Shown here: positions 59,316 through 64,000 of the stretch, piece after piece
How positions within the stretch are numbered: position 1 is the stretch's first letter
Layout: each line of letters starts with the position of its first letter
Assembly: GCA_012295275.1 (NCBI GenBank)
Contig: CM022674.1
Span: forward strand, 17,174,001-17,238,000
Origin: Chrysomallon squamiferum
Taxonomy: Eukaryota > Animalia > Mollusca
Direction of reading: 5' to 3'
Length of the DNA: 64,000 bases
Position numbers and translations under genes: made by a program
The notes under the pieces: model-generated
The model's input: the letters and a program-made list of their open reading frames with translations, nothing else
What the model was told of the DNA's origin: nothing
Database searches by the model: none

Positions 59316-60962
59316 GCTGTGTGTGTGTGTTTGGGTGGGACGTCATAAGCACATAAGTCAAAAGTCCGCTGGCGTAACATTTGTTATTATGAATGTTATT
59401 TTAATTATTATTTTATAAATATTAACAAATCATAAACTTCAAACATTTAGTTCCTAATTATAAGCACTCCTAGGTAGTCCATGACTTCAGTTTCTTCAAA
59501 TTGTCCATCGAGTGTTAGGAAGGCTGCTTTGGATCTCACAGATTTGGGAGATTTTTAAATTACTGATTGGCCAGCATTAACATGTGTTATGACATTTTCC
59601 ATATGGAACTGTTCTTATTTGATTGATGCAGGATTAAATTGTTCAATTTCACAACTTACAATAATTATTTCTCAGATCCATATGCAGATCATCCACTGCA
59701 CACAATATGAATAAAATCTGTGATTTGTTAGTATTATTGAATAAAACAATATGTTTTAAAACAGTGTAAAATTAAAATTCCTTATATTAAATGTCTGCAT
59801 ATATGTGTTTTTATGGGGTTTTTTATTGTTTATATATACATGTATGTATGTATTGTCTATGTTTGTCTGGATGTTGTTCAGGTCACAGTCTCTGACACAA
59901 AAATACTAATGAGTATTTTGAGGCATATTCTAATAAACAGGCAGACAAAAGAAAAGCTTCCATTTTCGACTTAAACTCACAGCCTACAAGTGTTATTTCT
60001 AAAAGTGTTTGTAGCTATATGAAGGACATACAGTATAAAAAGTAAGTGTGTGCGTGTGTGTGTGTTTGTGTGAGTGTGAGTGTGTGTATGTGCTTTTGTA
60101 TATATGATCAGCTATTGCTAAAACATGCATATTGACATAAGATAACGAAAATGACAATTTTATAAGCAGTTTCTAAAAAACAAAGGTGAGAAAAAATGTC
60201 TAACTGCAGATAATAGCAGATCACAGTATAATTGGATAGTGCACTGGTTATTGGTTGAGGTAGGTCACACATGACCAGTGGGTTTTGTATTATTGGCAAC
60301 ATTAATGGGTTCAAGAAATTTAGTCAGTCTTTCATTTAATGAAAAATAAGTAATTTTGATATGGTAAAATTTAGCTATGTAGTTGCTAGAGGTCAGCACT
60401 GCAGTAAAATGACTTCTAAACAATTATTGAGTGAGCTATGTTATGCAGCTTGTCAGTTAATCAATCTAATTGTGTTGTTTTGCTTGTGTAGTACACTTCT
60501 GTTTTATCTTTCATCCAGTAAGATCACATACATACATACATACATACACACATACACACACACACAAACACACAAACCATCTGAGAGTGCATTTACTTCT
60601 TAATTCTACAATATAAAATTCCTGAATGTTTCAGCAAATTATTGATTGGGTTTTCTTTTGCATGCTATTTACATATGTTTACAGTTTTTTGCCAAATGTA
60701 TTTCTTGTGGACATGGCACATCAATATTAGAAACTGCTACAACATCAAAATACATGCATGATATATTGGAAAGGATATTGTATGTGAATGCCAAATATAT
60801 TCATATCACAAAAAAAAAAAAAAAAGACTTGTCTCCTTTATCATAAGTGGTCACATGTGTGGATGTTGTTCATTTTACAGTGTCTGAGACAAAAGCACTA
60901 ATGTGTATTCTCTTTTATACTAAACACGGACAGAAAAAGAAAACTTTCAATTTTCAACTTAC

Positions 60963-61049
60963 TAATGAACTTGTTTCCGGCTCCTATCTGAACCTTTTCA
61001 CAGTGACTTACGTTTACTGTTGGTTTTGCATGTTGTATTGTTTGAGTAT
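60963..61049 (-). CDS. RHIM exon, copy C: (D)TQTIQHAKPTVNVSHCEKVQIGAGNKFI
   Basis: ttcacag|at ... atta|gtaagt; 87 bp, phase 1-1. Canonical VQIG core at 60982-60993, in register with human RIPK3 PLVNIYNCSGVQVGDNNYL. Confidence 0.8.
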
Positions 61050-61570
61050 CTGTGAAACAGAGTAAATACATTTTTAAGGACAGCATACAGTATTAATACA
61101 GTCAATTAAACGTAGTACTGCATATAACAATATTTCATTTAAAAATGTTTTTAACTGATTATATGCAGGTGCTATGCAATAAGTATTACTTTAAAGTATT
61201 AAAATGTATAACAGTAAATACAAGATTAATTGCAATGGTCATGATGAAGCAAATAAACAGTAACTAAAGTGTATTTTGCTTTATGTTTTTAATCTGTGAA
61301 ACAAAAACATGGTAAAAACTTTAAACGTAATTCATTATCAGTATAACTTGTCAATTGTCTAATGCCTAAGATGTAACTAAACAATACATTGAAACAGTGT
61401 ATTGATACAAATGTATATAGTACTTTTGTCATTTTAGAATTTACCAGCAATATATTGAAAGTAAACAATATATTGAAATATTATATTATTACAAATATAA
61501 AAATAATGTTGACTCTTTACAATTTCCTATTAAAAAAATAAACACTACATTGAAATGCTGTGTGTATTAC

Positions 61571-62040
61571 CACGACTGCTTGACACAGGTAGTTGTAAAT
61601 GATGTTCTATACGAATGATGTCAAAGGAAAACTGAGATGTGATGCCAGAGAGAGATACACTTGTCACATTGTCTAAGAGAGACACAGCTGTCACAGTCTC
61701 CCCAGAAGAAACAGCTGTCACAGTCTCTTCAGAAGAAACAGCTGTCAAAGTCTCTTCAGAAGAAACAGCTGTCACAGACTCTTCAGAAGAAACAGCTGTC
61801 ACAGTCTCTTCAAAAGAAACAGCTGTCACAGTCTCTTCAAAAGAAACAGCTGTCACAGTCTCTTCAGAAGAAACAGCTGTCACAGTCTCTTCAGAAGAAA
61901 CAGCTGTCACAGTCTCTGCAGAAGAAACAGCTGTCAGAGTCTCTTCGGGATAAACAGCTGCCACAGTCTCTGCAGAAGAAACAGCTGCTGTGTTAGAAGA
62001 ATCTTCTGAACTCACATTTTTGTCATCCATATTCCATGAG
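61571..62040 (-). CDS. S/T/E-rich N-terminal exon, copy C, with expanded 10-aa repeat (ETVTAVSSEE-like)
   Basis: 470 bp versus 200 bp in copy A (+270 = 9 x 30 bp); splice sites conserved; overlaps ORF 61545-62030. Confidence 0.72.
61680..61990 (-). repeat. 30-bp coding minisatellite
   Basis: Unit gaagaaacagctgtcacagtctcttca(gaa), about 10 copies. Confidence 0.95.
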
Positions 62041-62589
62041 CTGTAAAAAATAATATAATGATGTTTTATATAGAAAGGAAGAAATGAACTGTTTTATTTG
62101 CTTATTTTATTTACTTTCATATTGGTCAGACATAAGATTTAGGAACAGTCAGATAACAAAAACAAAGAAACCTACTGCAGTCACTTCACTCTCTACTCTG
62201 TCTTATTAACAACAAGTGATGTTTTATTTATACCTACCCACAAACAGTACAAACTATTGCACACATCAGGTGTTAAGCACTGCTAAAATGAAAACAGCTC
62301 AAGATTCCATCAGCAGGAATTGATCTAAATATATACTACACCTTGCACACTTTACTAGAGACCTACATCTAGTACCTTCTATTAATACTAGCATTGACTC
62401 ATAGACCGTATTCTCAATTTGGTTCTATAAATAAATGCCTGGAACATTTTTATAAAGAATCAAATAAAATATGCTTAAAATAAATATACTCATTCTTTAA
62501 AAAGAGGTCTTTGATCATGTTATTTAGAAATACTCAGGAAAACACAATTTCACAAACCTAAAAACATAGTTCTAATTAATTAGTCTTAC

Positions 62590-62722
62590 CTCATTTTGGA
62601 TTTGTTCTCTTCCATCTTCTTAGGGGTTGGTGATGGGCTGACTGGGGCAGGTTCTGGCTCTGGGTTCCTGTGTTTCTCAGCTGTTCTGCTGCTCTGATTT
62701 ACTAGTGTTATTCCACATTTTT
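62590..62722 (-). CDS. Upstream exon of copy C (open throughout: KCGITLVNQSSRTAEKHRNPEPEPAPVSPSPTPKKMEENKSKM)
   Basis: tttag|aa, atgag|gtaaga; 133 bp; paralogue of 12090-12220. Confidence 0.55.
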
Positions 62723-64000
62723 CTAAACATTACAAATATACATGTTCAGATAGTTCTGGATTCAGATTCATGTGAAGCATCATATTGATAATATTATAAT
62801 CAATTCCTATCTTAGTTTTGTCAGACCTATTACTAAATTATATAAACAATACAAATATAACTATACAATGAACATTTTTTTGAAGTAATATTCTTAGTCT
62901 TGTCAACTGTACTAAATTATTTTATATAAACAATACAAATTAAAATATCACAAATATACACCTGAACATAATGAGTGAAAACGTGACAAGTAATTACAAA
63001 GTTGTGATGACTGACAACAGAATGATGTTCTATGTTTCTGAATGAGAGTTACAACTGATTTCACTGTGAGAGACCAGTGTATGATGTTTCATTGTTTTTC
63101 TTAACTGCAGCATGCTCAAATATCAGATTTTGAACTCCAGTGTTTAGCACATCTCTCATTCAGTGTCAACTTGGCACAATGGTGAACATCATAAACACAA
63201 AGATGACACAAAATAAGAATGCATTCCACAGTTATGCCTCAAACCTACAGGACAACAGCTTGACAACAATTACAGTCATCAGTCCATTAGTGAGCTCAAC
63301 ACTCTACATCCAACCTAATTTTGTAACTCTTCAAGCCTTGGCCAATCATGAGTCCAGCACATTTGTGGCATCAGTGAGCATTTTATGCACACAGTGGAAG
63401 TGGAATCAGCTTAGAACTGGGAATGAGTTTAGTTGACAATTTGACAAATCCAACTTTTAACTGAAGAGATGAGTTGGATCCTACAGGCTGAATGTTTACT
63501 TGTCACTGAATCCTTTAACTACAGATGTAATCTAGAGACACTAAGCAACATATACTCTCTGAAACAGATTTCTTAAACTATTTCTTTAACACTTCAGCTC
63601 CACAGTTTCGAATAATGTGTTTGGTGTTAAATACTACTTGGTAATTATATGACAAAAGAGTTATTTCAAAAATCCTATGTCCAATACTGGGATGCTTAAC
63701 ATTTCTTCAGGTGTATACTATATTTTCACTCTCTTATGTTCTGTTTGTTGTTGTTTTGTTAGTATCTCTAATCATATTTACTTGTATTAATTTAAATCTA
63801 AAAGTATTTCATAGCTTATTTACTTATTTAGTACTGTAAGTTCTTAAAATTATTTTTTTTTGGAATAAGTCAATATGAACATATCTAATACTTTATATCA
63901 GGCTGACAAAACTGTTACATCTATTAAATAAATATTCTGTCTCTTTGTATATAAACACACTTTGAGTATTTGTAGACTTCAGCTTTTAATAAACTGCTAT

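Larger units (their letters stand above)
48160..60215 (-). repeat. Inverted segmental duplication arm matching ~19612-30380
   Basis: Mirror ORFs (28083+ / 50266-; 21452- / 58134+); introns and 3' flank are near-identical. Confidence 0.93.
60215..64000 (-). repeat. Inverted, more diverged duplication of ~10806-14400
   Basis: Mirror ORFs 11389- / 63140+ and colinear exons; visibly more substitutions than in the B/C arm. Confidence 0.9.

Overview
This is an AT-rich, microsatellite-rich animal genomic window with GT-AG introns and two 200-N gaps; a mollusc-like invertebrate is my inference. It is dominated by a recently duplicated, rearranged cluster of NLR-like genes. Reading splice sites by hand gives a phase-consistent model: S/T-rich N-terminal exon, an 87-bp exon encoding a RHIM-type amyloid motif, 1-2 small linker exons, then one >6-kb exon encoding an nSTAND3-type P-loop NTPase, a helical region and a long array of shuffled di-ankyrin modules with hypervariable inserts. 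Three segments are visible: A (+, 5' exons only, runs into a gap), B (+, intact giant exon, 5'-truncated at ~19.6 kb) and C (-, all exons, canonical VQIG RHIM, but frameshifted in this assembly). The two RHIM exons differ at 14 codons and all 14 change the amino acid. Also present: three fragments of a WWE-WWE-PARP (PARP12/ZC3HAV1-like) pseudogene, two orphan tyrosine-decarboxylase exons, LINE, FLYWCH (MULE-like) and USP-like remnants, telomere-like satellites, minisatellites and a probable Nanopore adapter remnant. All alignments, counts and identity estimates were made by eye; no database was searched.
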